Below the pieces are notes generated by a model that was given only the letters and a program-made list of their open reading frames with translations, was not told the origin of the DNA and made no database searches. DNA of 64,000 nucleotides from Octopus vulgaris (lineage: Eukaryota), in assembly GCA_951406725.2 (NCBI GenBank), contig OX597836.1, forward strand, positions 27,342,001 to 27,406,000, written 5' to 3'. This document shows, in pieces, positions 27,879 through 41,214 of this stretch. Position numbers and translations under genes: made by a program. The first letter of the stretch is position 1, and every line of letters begins with the position of its first letter.

Positions 27879-27899
27879 GGAGGGTCGTGGGTAGGGATA

Positions 27900-28135
27900 C
27901 AGAGTCCTATCAGAAGCAACCATCATTGCACTTTCTGACTGGATTCCCAAGCACGACCAACTTAGATTATAGACTTTATCCAGTCACCTCGCTCTTGGTC
28001 TACTCCTAAGTCTCTTGCCTTTTAGCTTTGCTTGAAGAACCTGTATTGCTATTCTTTCCTGAGATATTCTAATCACATGTTCGTAGCACAGGAACTATGA
28101 CTTCTCAAAGCGAAGTAGCGGTTTGACCAATTTCT
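27900..28135 (-). mobile_element. RTE-clade LINE 3' fragment
   Basis: PLLRFEKS*FLCYEHVIRISQERIAIQVLQAKLKGKRLRSRPRAR*LD. Confidence 0.7.
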
Positions 28136-29161
28136 AAAGCACCCAATTATTCGCTGTATAACCCTTTTGAGTTTATTTTGTCCATCCTCACGCGTTTGCC
28201 ACCACCGAATCCTTTGCCTTTTCTTTTACATGTATAAATATAAATGCGTGGTGAAAGATAAATGAATAAATAAATAAATTGTTATTAAATCTTGCTCTGA
28301 TAAACTTTGTTTTTCATCCCTCCATGGTCGATAAAATGAAATCAAGAATTGGGGTAGATGGCATCGTCTAATCCCTTTCCCTTAAAATTGTGGGTTTTGT
28401 GCTTAAATAAAGGTATCGTAATGATGATTCTTTTTGATCTGTAATCCTTTTCAGTTCTGACACAAAACCAACAATTTTAGAGGGAGAATTACATTGATCC
28501 CCAATATTTAACCGATACTTCATGTTATTATATCTATGGAAGGCTGAAAGGCAAAGTTCACCCCAGACTTCAATTTTTACAGGGCAAAGAACCGGTAGAA
28601 ATGTTGCAAAAAATTTTGTCCCATGTGCTGGCGATTCTGCTAGCTATTCACCTAAATAATAATCCTTTCTACTAGCTATATTTTTGGGAAGGGACTAGTT
28701 GATTACATCGACCCCAGTGCATAACTGGTATTTATTTCATCGACCCCGAAAGGGCAAAGGGCAAAGTCAACCTTTTTGATATTATCTTTCTTATTCTGTG
28801 AGACAATTTTCTAATGCAAAATCATACTAAGACTCCAGAATGAACTTAAAATCTTACCTAGAAGATTTTCAACACTAAGTATCTAAAAAATGCTTACTGG
28901 TGCGTTTGGTTGCAGTCCTAACAAATTGAAAATCACCTAGCGAGAGGAATCGTTAGATATCTAAACTCAGTAAACAAGATTACTGAGTCTGGATATATAA
29001 CGATCCTTCTGGCTAGCTGATCTTCAATTTGTTAGGACTGCATTTCATAATGCTGGCATAACCTGTAGCGAATGTAAGTCCTAGCTCTATCATACCCATC
29101 GACTCTTTCTTAGTTAACACTGTGCAGCTAGAGGCAATACCGTTGCTCCTCTCTTTCACAG

Positions 29162-29420
29162 CACAGGTTTTCAAACAGGGTCCACATGACCCTTGGCCGT
29201 CCATATGACATTTTGTTGTTAAAAATGTATCTGCAATAAACTGGTTATATTTCTACAGAACACAAAATATTGAAGCTTTTTGGATAAAGTTCCTAATAAT
29301 ATTTAATTATAAAAACATAATAGGAGATTTTAGACACCGAATAGGTATGAGGGACCCCTTCTCTTGAGTAAAATAGGGGCCAGAAGGAGTCCGTACGCAA
29401 AGAATGGTTGAAAACCATTG
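29162..29420. mobile_element. Decayed hAT-like MITE
   Basis: ggttttcaaac...ggttgaaaaccattg termini; imperfect 8-bp flanks. Confidence 0.5.
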
Positions 29421-29910
29421 TTATACAGTTACACAATATATTCTGCTACATTTCACAACTTTGGTGATCTGTAATGACACTACTTCAATTCTGTATCATC
29501 CAAGATTCAGCTCAGACTCCCACTCTTCTCAGCTCATGCGCTGAAAACTTACTCTGTCCAGTACTCTCGGGTATTGGTCACATGAGAGCAACTCTAGTCG
29601 ATATGCCTTTCTATAGCATCCCTTTTTGGATTTCTAAGAAAAGTTCCACGTTCTTTTCTCTCACACCCGTTTGATATTTCAACCTCTTTTTGTAATTGTT
29701 GGCTTCTTTCAAAACAGAAATAGTTTTCGTCCGTTGTTCTTTATTAGATATGTTGTAGTCCTACTGAGGGGTATTTTATAGTAGTTTTCTAGTTGTATAA
29801 AAACCCTTCTTTCTTTTATTACTAGTTTATATAATCATTCGATGTAAGATTGCTTGCGGTCTACTCTAAAAGCAAAAATGTCCTTTCTTCTCTTGTTTCT
29901 AATCTTACTA

Positions 29911-29912
<2 letters not shown>

Positions 29913-29946
<34 letters not shown>

Positions 29947-30288
29947 AATCTTCTTCTTCTTCTTCTTCTTCTTCTTCTTCTTCTTCTTCTTCTTCTTCTT
30001 CTCCTCCTCCTCCTCCTCCTCCTTCTTCTTCTTTTTTTCTTCTTCTTCTTCTTCTTCTTCTTCTCCTCCTCCTCCTCCTCCTTCTTCTTCTTCTTCTTCT
30101 CCTCCTCCTCCTTCTCCTTCTTCTTCTTTTTCTTCTTCTTCTTCTTCTTCTCCTCCTCCTCCTCCTCCTCCTTCTTCTTCTCCTCCTCCTCCTCCTCCTC
30201 CTCCTCCTTCTTCTTCTTCTTCTTCTTCTTCTTCTTCTTCTTCTTCTTCTCGTCGCGGTCGTCGTTATCATCATCATCATCATCATCT
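29913..30288. repeat. Compound (CAT)/(CTT)/(CCT)n polypyrimidine array
   Basis: Direct inspection. Confidence 0.95.
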
Positions 30289-30324
30289 TGATGTTATTTT
30301 GGCATTTTATCACCTTGAGATAGT

Positions 30325-30354
30325 CAGACGTGTTTCGTCTGTTACTCATCAGCG
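30325..30354 (-). ncRNA. Degenerate minimal hammerhead core
   Basis: Reverse complement reads CTGATGA GT AACAG AC GAAA CACG TC; stem I is weak. Confidence 0.3.
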
Positions 30355-30675
30355 TGTATGTTTTTTTTCTTCTAACCAAATGAAACACCATGTTAAAATT
30401 TTATTTTAAAACAGAGGTAAGAGTTGCTTTATTTTTTGTTTTCCCCATTGGGTTAAAGAATTTTCTAATTTTCGAAGAAAATAATTTATCTTCTCTCACT
30501 AGTAAACAAACAAAAAAGTTACGTAATAAAATCATCTCCGTAACTTCCCCCCAAAAATATCGAATGTAAAAAAAAAGACACGTTTTTGCAGAAAATAAAC
30601 AGAAAAAGAAAACAAACTCGATTACTCAGCAGAATAAATTTATTTCACAAGTAACGAATAACGACCTTCTGACAA

Positions 30676-31005
30676 TCAACAAAAGGCTGGCCAGGCAGCA
30701 AAACCCCTGCGAGAATCAAGTCTGTTGGTTCGAGGAGCACAACTATTCAACTCCATTCCGGTACATGTCAGAAATCTATCAGGATGCAGTGTGGAATCAT
30801 TCAAATTGCAGCTGGATAGATACTTAAGCACCATTAGAGATGAACCCCATCTCCCAGGATATACACAACGAGCACAAACTGACTCAAACTCGCTCCTACA
30901 CATGTCAAAATTAAACAGAGAATACAACCACACCAGACTCTGAGGGTGGAGTCTTCGACTTGGCCTGAGCATGGACTCAAACTCAAATGAAATGAAATGA
31001 AAATT
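30676..31005 (+). mobile_element. LINE (CR1/L2 group) 3' end
   Basis: VRGAQLFNSIPVHVRNLSGCSVESFKLQLDRYLSTIRDEPHLPGY...SNSL with a (TGAAA)n tail. Confidence 0.75.
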
Positions 31006-31062
31006 TGAACAATTTCAATGACACGAATAACGACTACAACAGCATTAGCAGCATTTTTTATG

Positions 31063-31381
31063 GAAGCACTCCGTCGGTTACGACGATAAGGGTTCCGGTT
31101 GATCCGAATCAACGGAACAGCCTGCTCGTGAAATTAACGTGTAAGTGGCTGAGCACTCCACAGACACGTGTACCCTTAACGTAGTTCTCGGGGATATTCA
31201 GCGTGACACAGAGAGTGACAAGGCCGGCCCCTTGAAATACAGGTACAACAGAAACAGGAAGTAAGAGTGAGAGAAAGTTGTGGTGAAAGAGTACAGCAGG
31301 GATCACCACCATCCCCTGCCGGAGCCTCGTGGAGCTTTTAGGTGTTTTCGCTCAATAAACACTCACAACGCCTGGTCTGGG
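31063..31381 (-). mobile_element. SINE family C, 5'-truncated
   Basis: Near-identical to 35852-36238 in reverse. Confidence 0.85.
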
Positions 31382-31670
31382 ATTAGCAGCATTAACGCTC
31401 ACAATGAAGCATTTTGCCAAACAGAGGAATGGAAAGAGAATTCAGATCACCCGATGGCGCTACCATTTCTAGCCTTCCTTCTTTAGGTGGAGTTTTTCTC
31501 AAATAGATGGGACCTAGATATGAACTACCGGGCGCAAGTCCCCGATAATACATATCTGACTAGAGTAAGTGCATCCGTACCTTAGTCTCTTAACAAACAG
31601 CGAGAAAATAACCCGTCAGCATCCCAATAACAATCTGCTGCTACTGCTGCTACTGCTGCTGCTGCTGCTG

Positions 31671-31736
<66 letters not shown>

Positions 31737-31840
31737 TCACAACTACTACTACTACTACTACTACTACTACCACTACCACTACCACCACCACCACCACCAC
31801 CACCACCACCACCATATTTGTCCTTATCTTGTTTGTTGGG

Positions 31841-31886
31841 AACACAACGCTTCGGCTGATATACCCTCCAGTCTTCATCAGGGGTC
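31841..31886 (-). ncRNA. Minimal hammerhead motif, family H1 (mutated copy)
   Basis: Reverse complement reads GACCC CTGATGA A GACTG..CAGCC GAAG CG TT GTGTT. Confidence 0.55.
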
Positions 31887-31933
31887 TTGGGGAAATTTCG
31901 AACCTGGGTTCTCATTCCTAAAGTATTTTTCGA

Positions 31934-32005
<72 letters not shown>

Positions 32006-32025
32006 CATTATTATCATTATTATTA

Positions 32026-32106
<81 letters not shown>

Positions 32107-32188
32107 TTTAAAAAGAATTGACGTAACTCTTCACAAAGGTAAACAGTCAAGACGAAGAGCGCGATTCGATTGTAAGATATTTTATTGG

Positions 32189-32231
32189 TTGAACGATATT
32201 TCAACAGTACGTCTGTCTTTGTCAAGTTCAA
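32189..32231 (-). ncRNA. Minimal hammerhead motif with U3-A8 core, family H2
   Basis: Reverse complement reads TTGAAC TTGACAA A GACAG ACGTA CTGTT GAAA TA TC GTTCAA, followed by AATAAA. Confidence 0.65.
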
Positions 32232-32400
32232 AATAAGAAGTGATAAAAATTCAAAATTACAGAAATTTAAACGTAAAGTATGAACGAGAGCAACCAGTGT
32301 CCACACGTTGATGGAATGACATAATCAGTTTTTAAGTTATAATTTTATAACAGGCGAAAAGAAAAAGACAGAAAAATTATTATTATTATTATTATTATTA

Positions 32401-32475
<75 letters not shown>

Positions 32476-32557
32476 TTTAAAAAGAATTGACGTAACTCTT
32501 CACAAAGGTAAACAGTCAAGACGAAGAGCGCGATTCGATTGTAAGATATTTTATTGG

Positions 32558-32600
32558 TTGAACGATATTTCAACAGTACGTCTGTCTTTGTCAAGTTCAA
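32558..32600 (-). ncRNA. Minimal hammerhead motif with U3-A8 core, family H2 (tandem copy)
   Basis: Identical to 32189-32231, 369 bp away. Confidence 0.65.
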
Positions 32601-32744
32601 AATAAGAAGTGATAAAAATTCAAAATTACAGAAATTTAAACGTAAAGTATGAACGAGAGCAACCAGTGTCCACACGTTGATGGAATGACATAATCAGTTT
32701 TTAAGTTATAATTTTATAACAGGCGAAAAGAAAAAGACAGAAAA

Positions 32745-32815
<71 letters not shown>

Positions 32816-33739
32816 GTTTATTATTATTCAAGTCACTGCTTGGAATCGAACTGAAAAATTTTTTGTTTTGGTTTTTGCACAGTCGTATGAATTTCCGTGT
32901 GTAGAATACAAACACGCAGACATTTTCAGAAAATTCTCAAAAATAAAAAAAAAGTTATGAGGGGTCACGTGGTGTGTGTAAAGCAGAAATCTGTAAATAT
33001 TTCATTTGTTCACACAGTTGACATGTCCAGACACGCACAAAATGGCAGCTTCCAAATCTTGTTTTCTGACTGGTTAATAATTATCATACTTTAAAATCCC
33101 TGTAACTCTTTTTAGAAATGTTTCTGTGGAAAAAGTGAATTATCTCCTGAGATTCAGCGTGGAAAATTACATCAATACATCAAATTTTAAAATTTCCACA
33201 GGTGCAACCAAACAGAAAAGATCCCAGCTTTGTATATGGTGTAGAAGCTCCCCGATTTTGGGGGGATGGTGATGATGGTAGGCAAATGACACTCCCCTGT
33301 TTGACAACACCATCTGGCCCCTGTACCTTTAACGGAATTCGCTTTATGGAAAGTATTCAGTCTAAGCCTCCCGTAGGGAATTACCATGATCTTTTAAAGC
33401 ATCGTCACTCTCTTAATTGATGAAAAACAACCAAAAATACAGAATTCAATATTGAGACATTATCTATAATATATAGAAAAAAATTAAATATACTATAATA
33501 AATATTATTTAAAAAATCACTAAATTAAATAAACATTAAATTTAATTTATTGATTTTTTGAATAATATTTATTATAGTAAATTTTTTCTATATAATACAG
33601 AAAATGTCTTTCACTATTGAATTACTTAATAGGGGTTATTCCTCTTAATTATTTACATATATTATATATTGTAAAATTTGATTTAGAATTGCTAAATTGA
33701 ATTTTCCATTTAAGTTTGGAATTATATTCCCTACTAGTT

Positions 33740-33785
<46 letters not shown>

Positions 33786-33799
33786 AAAAAAAACACATA

Positions 33800-34010
33800 T
33801 AATCTCACTCCTCTATGAAGCTATCGTCCTCGGTGACTTCAACATTCACAACTTCTCGTGGCTCTTTCGCTTATCCCATATCGGTGCTGCATGTGTAGAT
33901 ACAAACTTTTACAATCATCAGCTCCCTGCATTAGCTCGTTTCATCCCTCTATTCATCCTCAGGTCGACATCCTAGACACCCAATGCATCCATGATTTCTT
34001 TTCACCTCTT
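33800..34010 (+). mobile_element. Decayed LINE AP-endonuclease fragment
   Basis: IVLGDFNIHNFSWL motif. Confidence 0.55.
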
Positions 34011-34449
34011 TACCTAATCAATATGAAATAAAGTGTTTTGCTTAAAACACAACACACACACGGCCGGGAATCGAACTCACTACCTTTATTTCACATTGCT
34101 CCACTTCACTTAGTTGTAGCAATGAGTTGTGACATCACTGGTGCCAAGCTGTATCGGCCTTTACCTTTCCCTTGGATAACATCAGTGGGATGGAGACGGG
34201 AGGCTGATATGCATGGGCGACAGCTGATCTTCCTTAAACTACTTTGTCCAGACTTGTACCTTGGAGGGTAACTTTTTAGGTGCAACCCCATGGTCACTCA
34301 TGGCCGAAGAGGGTCTTTACCCGTTACCTTGTACCTAATCAGTACCAAACTGTCTCCGCACCTATCGATCATCCGTCCACTACCTCATTGCAACTACCCA
34401 ACGCATCCTCAAGCTCCACAACACCTTCTGCGTTCTCCGTACCCTATGG

Positions 34450-34634
34450 CAGTTCTCCGTAACCGGTATGCCGCAGCACACTGGTGTGCTACGAGACGAT
34501 GCTAGGTGTGCCGCAGTGTAACCTGAATATAATTTTTTTCCCTATGCTTTTAGTTATATTTTTACTTCAGGTGTGCCGCCGAATTTTGAATAGAATATAA
34601 GTGTACCACAAGTGAAAAAGGTTGTGGAGCACTG
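34450..34634. mobile_element. hAT (Charlie-like) MITE
   Basis: CAGT...ACTG termini with 8-bp TSD ccctatgg. Confidence 0.85.
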
Positions 34635-35069
34635 CCCTATGGCACTCCTATTTATGCCTTCGGCCCTTGTCAGCTCATGCACTTTACTGCAAACCCATCA
34701 GAAATAGTTGGGCGGACGACTGAAACTACCTCCGTATCTCCCGCGCAACAAAAGTCCAAAGACTCAAGACTCTCAAATGACCGACTCCTAATTCTGCTGA
34801 AGTAGTTCAGGCTCAATGAACGCCTACAGCGTTTGGTGAAACTCATCCACCCACAAAACTGAGTAACCCTTTTCCCCAGCAACGCGGCATTTGAATTCGT
34901 GTATCGTATAGCGGTCAAACTACCCGGACTTGGAAACTTGCCAAAATGTCCTACACCAACTTTGTGGGATCCTCTTTACTCTGTTTGTCGACAGCGATGG
35001 TTCTGTGAGCACTGCTCTTGCAGAGAAAGACTCCAACTTAATTGTCCCCTTTTCATCTATCCTCACATT

Positions 35070-35505
<436 letters not shown>

Positions 35506-35851
35506 TGCAAATCTCCTTTAATTCTATCCAACTTCCTGCATATATTCTTCTACTAGTTCAAACTTCTGCTCTCATTCTGTCGTAAGAACTCATGCTTATG
35601 CTGAACCCCTGTTCGTTTATCTACTTTTTTTTTTAATTCAAGGAACTTTCTCAAATGCATTACATTGCTTCTGTTGGTCACTGGACGAGAAGAATCGTTT
35701 TGAAAAACAAACAAACAAACAAACAGAAAACAAAAAAACCTGCATTTTTATTAGGAGTATTTTCCTCAGTCTAACAAAGAATAAAAGAATGTGTAAATGT
35801 GTACGAATTTTTTGTTCTTTGTGTCTTTGAGCAAGTAAGTACATGATCAAT

Positions 35852-36238
35852 GGAGGCGCAATGGCCCAGTGGTTAGGGCAGCGGACTCGCGGTCATAGGA
35901 TCGCGGTTTCGATTCCCAGACCGGGGGTTGTGAGTGTTTATTGAGCGAAAACACCTAAAGCTCCACGAGGCTCCGGCAGGGGATGGTGGTGATCCCTGCT
36001 GTACTCTTTCACCACAACTTTCTCTCACTCTTTCTTCCTGTTTCTGTTGTACCTGTATTTCAAAGGGCCGGCCTTGTCACTCTCTGTGTCACGCTGAATA
36101 TCCCCGAGAACTACGTTAAGGGTACACGTGTCTGTGGAGTGCTCAGCCACTTACACGTTAATTTCACGAGCAGGCTGTTCCGTTGATTCGGATCAACCGG
36201 AACCCTCATCGTCGTAACCGACGGAGTGCTTCCATCCC
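35852..36238 (+). mobile_element. SINE family C with 11-bp TSD
   Basis: TSD acatgatcaat at 35841-35851 and 36239-36249. Confidence 0.88.
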
Positions 36239-36349
36239 ACATGATCAATATACTGTAGTTCTGTTTAATCTTGCTTAATTTTAGGGAAGATATTTTCTAG
36301 GATTTTTTCTAATTCTGCTTAATTTGTCCGTCACTGGCTACGCAATAAA

Positions 36350-36615
36350 GTTTGTTTATTGATTGACATGAACATACCCTGTGACCGAAATATCTCGGCA
36401 AAAGAATTTAATAAAATATAAAGTTTTGCTAATCGAAATCGAAAGATGTGGCATCTCTAGATGGTTACAATACCAATGATTGTAGGAGCACTTGGAATGA
36501 TAAAAAGGAACTGAAAATTATTTAGGAATGATCCCTGGCTTACCATCCATGCAGTAAGTGCAAACGATTGTCTTAAGTGGTACGACACACGTATTGAGAA
36601 CAGCCTTGTCGCAGT
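36350..36615 (+). mobile_element. R4/Dong-like 3' end (family D4, decayed)
   Basis: LLIDMNIPCDRNISAKE...TIPMIVGALGMIK...IPGLPSMQ*VQTIVLSGTTHVLRTAL; a (TAA)n array follows at 36732. Confidence 0.7.
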
Positions 36616-36757
36616 GACTTTTCTTTCACCCCCCCCCTTTATTTTATTTATTTACTTTTCTATTTTTAAGTTTTTCATTTTTCTCTCTCGGCAAGAAATG
36701 GAAACAGAACTGAAGGAAGATGCTGATGAAAATAATAATAATAATAATAATAATAAC

Positions 36758-36824
<67 letters not shown>

Positions 36825-36879
36825 TCTGATATTAAATCACACGACAAACAGTTAGTATGGGAATTGCAATTTTCTATGA

Positions 36880-37460
36880 AATATCACACAGTAAACCATA
36901 GTATTGTATGAAATAAAATATATGGCAGGATATCACACGACAAGCTGTATCTAACAAGTTACAATATATATTTATATACATAGCGGGATATCACAAGGCA
37001 AACTGATACATAAACAGTTACAGTGGAATATCACGTAGCAAACTGTATTTATAAGCTGTAACGTATTATAATAGGATATCATATGGAAAGTTGTATTTAT
37101 AAATAATTATATATAGTGGGATATCACACGGTAAGCTGATTTATAAAACTACACTACATAGCAGGATATCACACAACAGGCTGTATTTATAAACAATAAT
37201 ATATTTTGGAGGGTAATACACGGCAAGATGTAATGGTAAACAATAACATATTAAGGGATATCACACGGTAAGCAGTATTTATAAAAAAAATTATATATAG
37301 CGGGATATCACACGGCAAGCTTTATAAATGATAATATATAGCGGGATAGCACGCTGCAAGCTGTATTCATGAAGTATACTATATTACAGAATATCACACA
37401 GCAAAGTGTATATATGAACTATATTATATAGTAGGATATCACACGGCAAGCTGTATTTAC
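36880..37460 (+). repeat. Degenerate minisatellite, ~13 units of ~45 bp
   Basis: Recurring gatatcacacggcaagctgtatttataa core. Confidence 0.85.
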
Positions 37461-37544
37461 CTTTTCCAGAAGAATAGTACAATTAGCACATAATACACAC
37501 GTAAAAACCAAACTGAAAACAGATAAAATATAATGTAATATATA

Positions 37545-38432
37545 CAGGGTGCAATGGGTAAACTGTTGCCATTTTATATTTTTAATTTCGCGCATGCACA
37601 TTGTTTGTCTTTTAATTTGTCGTCTACACAGTATAGTAGGGTCAGTTGGGCACCGTTTGTGAGTAAAACAGCACCATGATGCAATTCACTCTGCCAGAAA
37701 TTTGGAAACGACATGCTGTACTGCTTGGCATTCGCGCCGAAAGCTCCAACACGAACATTTCAGAGTGTTTGGGTGTCAATTTGAGGACAGTGCAATCTGA
37801 GGACATGTACCGAGAGTGATAAAAATCAAACATCCAGTCAACATCATGGTGTTTGGAGTGATCACTGGTGATGGCGACGTTATGCCTACATTCATATTCC
37901 CACACGACTTCATAATTAAAACGGAGGCCTATATCAAGTGCCTGAATGAGGTAGTGCTGCCCTGAGTCAAGAGGGTGGCTGCTGGAAGACATTATGTCTG
38001 GCAACAGGACTCTGCACCATGCCACAAAAGCAGGAGAACCCTGTCGTGGCTGTCAGACAATTTCTGCAACCACATAGCCCCTAACATCTGGCTACCTAAC
38101 TCCTCAGATTGCAACCCACTTGGTTATTATATGTGGGGCGCAGTTCAGCGAGAGACCCAAAAAAGTTCTTGTAAAACCAAAGATGAACTGAAGAGAAGGG
38201 TTATGGTAGCATTTACCAACTTAGCAAGGAGACCGCCCAGAAGAGTTGCAGGAGATTCCGAAGTCGTCTGGAGATCGTGGTTGAAGACAATGGCGATTTT
38301 ACTGAATAAAATTACTCTTTAGTATTTCAAGATATTTTTATGTAATTTTGGTAAATATATCTGTTAAAATGAGACGTCAGTGTTATTTTCATGTTTGCAT
38401 AATTTAGACGACAGTTTATTTACCGCATCCTG
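37545..38432 (+). mobile_element. Internally deleted Tc1/mariner element of the DD37D (maT) type
   Basis: TIRs cagggtgcaatgggtaaactgt / acagtttatttaccgcatcctg. MVFGVI...WQQDSAPCH...NSSDCNPLGYYMWG, with 37 residues between the second D and the mutated third catalytic position. Contains stops. Confidence 0.85.
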
Positions 38433-38437
38433 TGTGA

Positions 38438-38493
<56 letters not shown>

Positions 38494-38547
38494 CATATGT
38501 ATATATGTATAATGATATAAATATATGCATAAATGGATGTGCATAGA

Positions 38548-38616
<69 letters not shown>

Positions 38617-38681
38617 GTTTAAATATTTGTTGTGCAAGATTTTTTATTGGCTAAACTGGCAATATGACCATTCCGAAATAT

Positions 38682-38741
<60 letters not shown>

Positions 38742-39389
38742 GCATGTATATATCCTTATTTATATGTTTGATTCACCAGAGAGAACAGTGATATATTTCA
38801 GATATCACATAACATATAGCGATATTATTTATATACTATCATATTACACAGTCTATTTCTGAACATATATGTAACAGAGTTCTATTGTCATTTTTCAGGA
38901 TTTTCAGTTCAAGTCCGACAAAGGACGAGTTCATCATACCTACCTAATGAGAAGCAGTAATATCCCCGGGTTGATTCGAATATTTACACTAATTCCTTGA
39001 ATAGATTTTACGTTAAAAAGTTCCCATAACAGAAAAAAAAAAGAAAGAAAGAAAAAATTGTGTTTTTTTCGGGTAAAACCACTCATTATCGAGAGATCCA
39101 AATAATATGATTTTAATCAGATTGATAACAATAATGAAATACAATTATACCGATAGATAATTGATATTATGGAGATATTAAATACCATAGTAAAAAGGTA
39201 GTAAATAAAGCGTGATATTATAATGAAATACCACACGCCATAATGTTGATTTCAAATTTTGGCACAAGGCCAGCAATTTTTGCGAAAGTGAGTAAGTAGA
39301 TTTGAACTCAGAACGTAAAGACGGACGAAATGCCGCTTAGCATTTTGTCCGGCGTGGTAACGATTCTGCCAGCTCGACTCCTTACCACC

Positions 39390-39449
<60 letters not shown>

Positions 39450-40182
39450 CCTTTCTACTATAGGTACAAGGCTTGAAATTTGGGGGAGGAAATAATCGAT
39501 TACGTCGACCCCAGTGTTTCATTGGTACTTAATTTGTCGACCCCGAAATTCATAGCGGTATTTCGCCCGTCGCAACATTCTGAGCTCAAATTCCGCCTTT
39601 CATCCTTTCGGGGGTCGATAAATTAAGTACCAGTGAAACACTGGAGTCGATGTAATCGACTAGTCTCCTCGCCCAAAATTTCGGGCCTTGTGCCTTTAGT
39701 AGAAAGGCTATAATCCTAATTTGTAAGCGTCGATTTTGTTCATTAGGTAGCTGGGTACGCGGTTGACTTTTATCTTATGCTTCTACAAGTAATTATGCAT
39801 AAATTAGCTTTTTAATTATTACAAAAACGAAAGTCAAGTGGATTTAGATAACTATTGACAAATCCACGACAGATATTCTGTGTTTGAGTCTGCGATGAAG
39901 ACTTCAAACGCATCTTAATCAAAATCATTTTTGTTCTCCGGTTTCTCCGAATTCGGTATCGGAATTTTCTGGGATGTGTGTGTAGGGAATGTTCGTCTGC
40001 GAAAGACTAGCGTCTTCTCCAGTGGCGAAGATGTGTTAGGAAGTACAATTAAATACCAAACGAATTAATTTCTCCAAATTAAGTTGGAATGTCCGTGAAA
40101 ATGGTAGATTTAGTTATTGGTGGACGTATTTGGTCGTATAATACAGTTTGACAAATTAACTCTATGAACATGGAACCAATGA

Positions 40183-40575
40183 AGGCTCGTAGAATACTGG
40201 TCAGAGTGTTCGGATCAAGATGGTAAGGTCGTGAGTTCGATACTTCAGCAAGATACTTTATTTCATGTCGCTCCAGTTCACTCATCTGGCAAAAATAAGA
40301 TGTACATCTAATTCAAAATACCAGCCTTGTTACATTCCGTGTCACACTGAATCTCCCTGCGAACTACGTTAAGGATACGCGTGTCTGTGGTGTGCTCAGC
40401 CACATGCACGTTAATTTCACGAGAAGGCTGTTCCGTTGATTCGGATCAACCGGAACCCTCATCGTCGTAACCGACTATGTAGAGCGTCTCTCTTGATTCC
40501 ATGCCCACTCCGTCGGTTACGACGACGAGGGTTGGTCGGATCAACTGGAACCCTCGTCGTCGTAACCGACGGAGT
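40183..40575 (+). mobile_element. Older SINE sharing the family C 3' tail, with a rearranged end
   Basis: tRNA-like head plus tail ggctgttccgttgattcggatcaaccggaaccctc. Confidence 0.7.
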
Positions 40576-41180
40576 GGGCATGGAATCAAGAGAGACGCTC
40601 TACATAGTCGCTCTACTGCGCAGAATACAAAAATGGGGTGGTGGTGGTGGTGGTGGTGGTAATAAAAGATTGGTGGAGGTGGTGGTAGTAGCTGAGGTAA
40701 TGATGGTGATGGGGCTGTTAGGTTGTCGACAGAGTCATTGCTTTTGCCTCTGGCAGTAAATCCTTCTTCAACCCGAAACCCTCTGGTGCCCAAATTAAAA
40801 GGAAACTTTAGGGAAGTTTGCCCAGAGTGTGACGCGCCAGAAGACTCGACAAAATGAATGGAACCTGAGTGAGGATTGATCAAAGATCTGTGTGTGTTAA
40901 CAGGACTTACCTGGGGGTTAAACAATTACAATATAATAGTAAATATACAGACACGCGCACACATACAGACACATACACAAATATACACAGACATACAACA
41001 CACACACATACACACACACATTTACACACACGCACATACACACATTCACACACACATACACACAACACACACACATACACACACACACACTTACACACAC
41101 ACACATACACTCATTTACACACACATTTACGCGCACACACAAACATTCATGCATTTACACACATACACACACGTACACAC

Positions 41181-41214
<34 letters not shown>

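Larger units (their letters stand above)
32102..32745 (-). repeat. Two identical 275-bp tandem units (family H2) separated by (TTA)n; third copy at 51670-51947 (+)
   Basis: Direct comparison of the units. Confidence 0.9.

Noticed and set aside
30324-30352. C/D-box snoRNA (TGATGA...CTGA on the minus strand)
   Set aside because: The boxes are only about 20 nt apart, too short.
31455-31520. HDV-like ribozyme at the start of the unclassified repeat
   Set aside because: Could not form the P3/P1 pairings.
36880-37460. CRISPR-like repeat/spacer periodicity
   Set aside because: Repeats are degenerate, spacers are homologous to each other, the context is eukaryotic and there are no cas genes.
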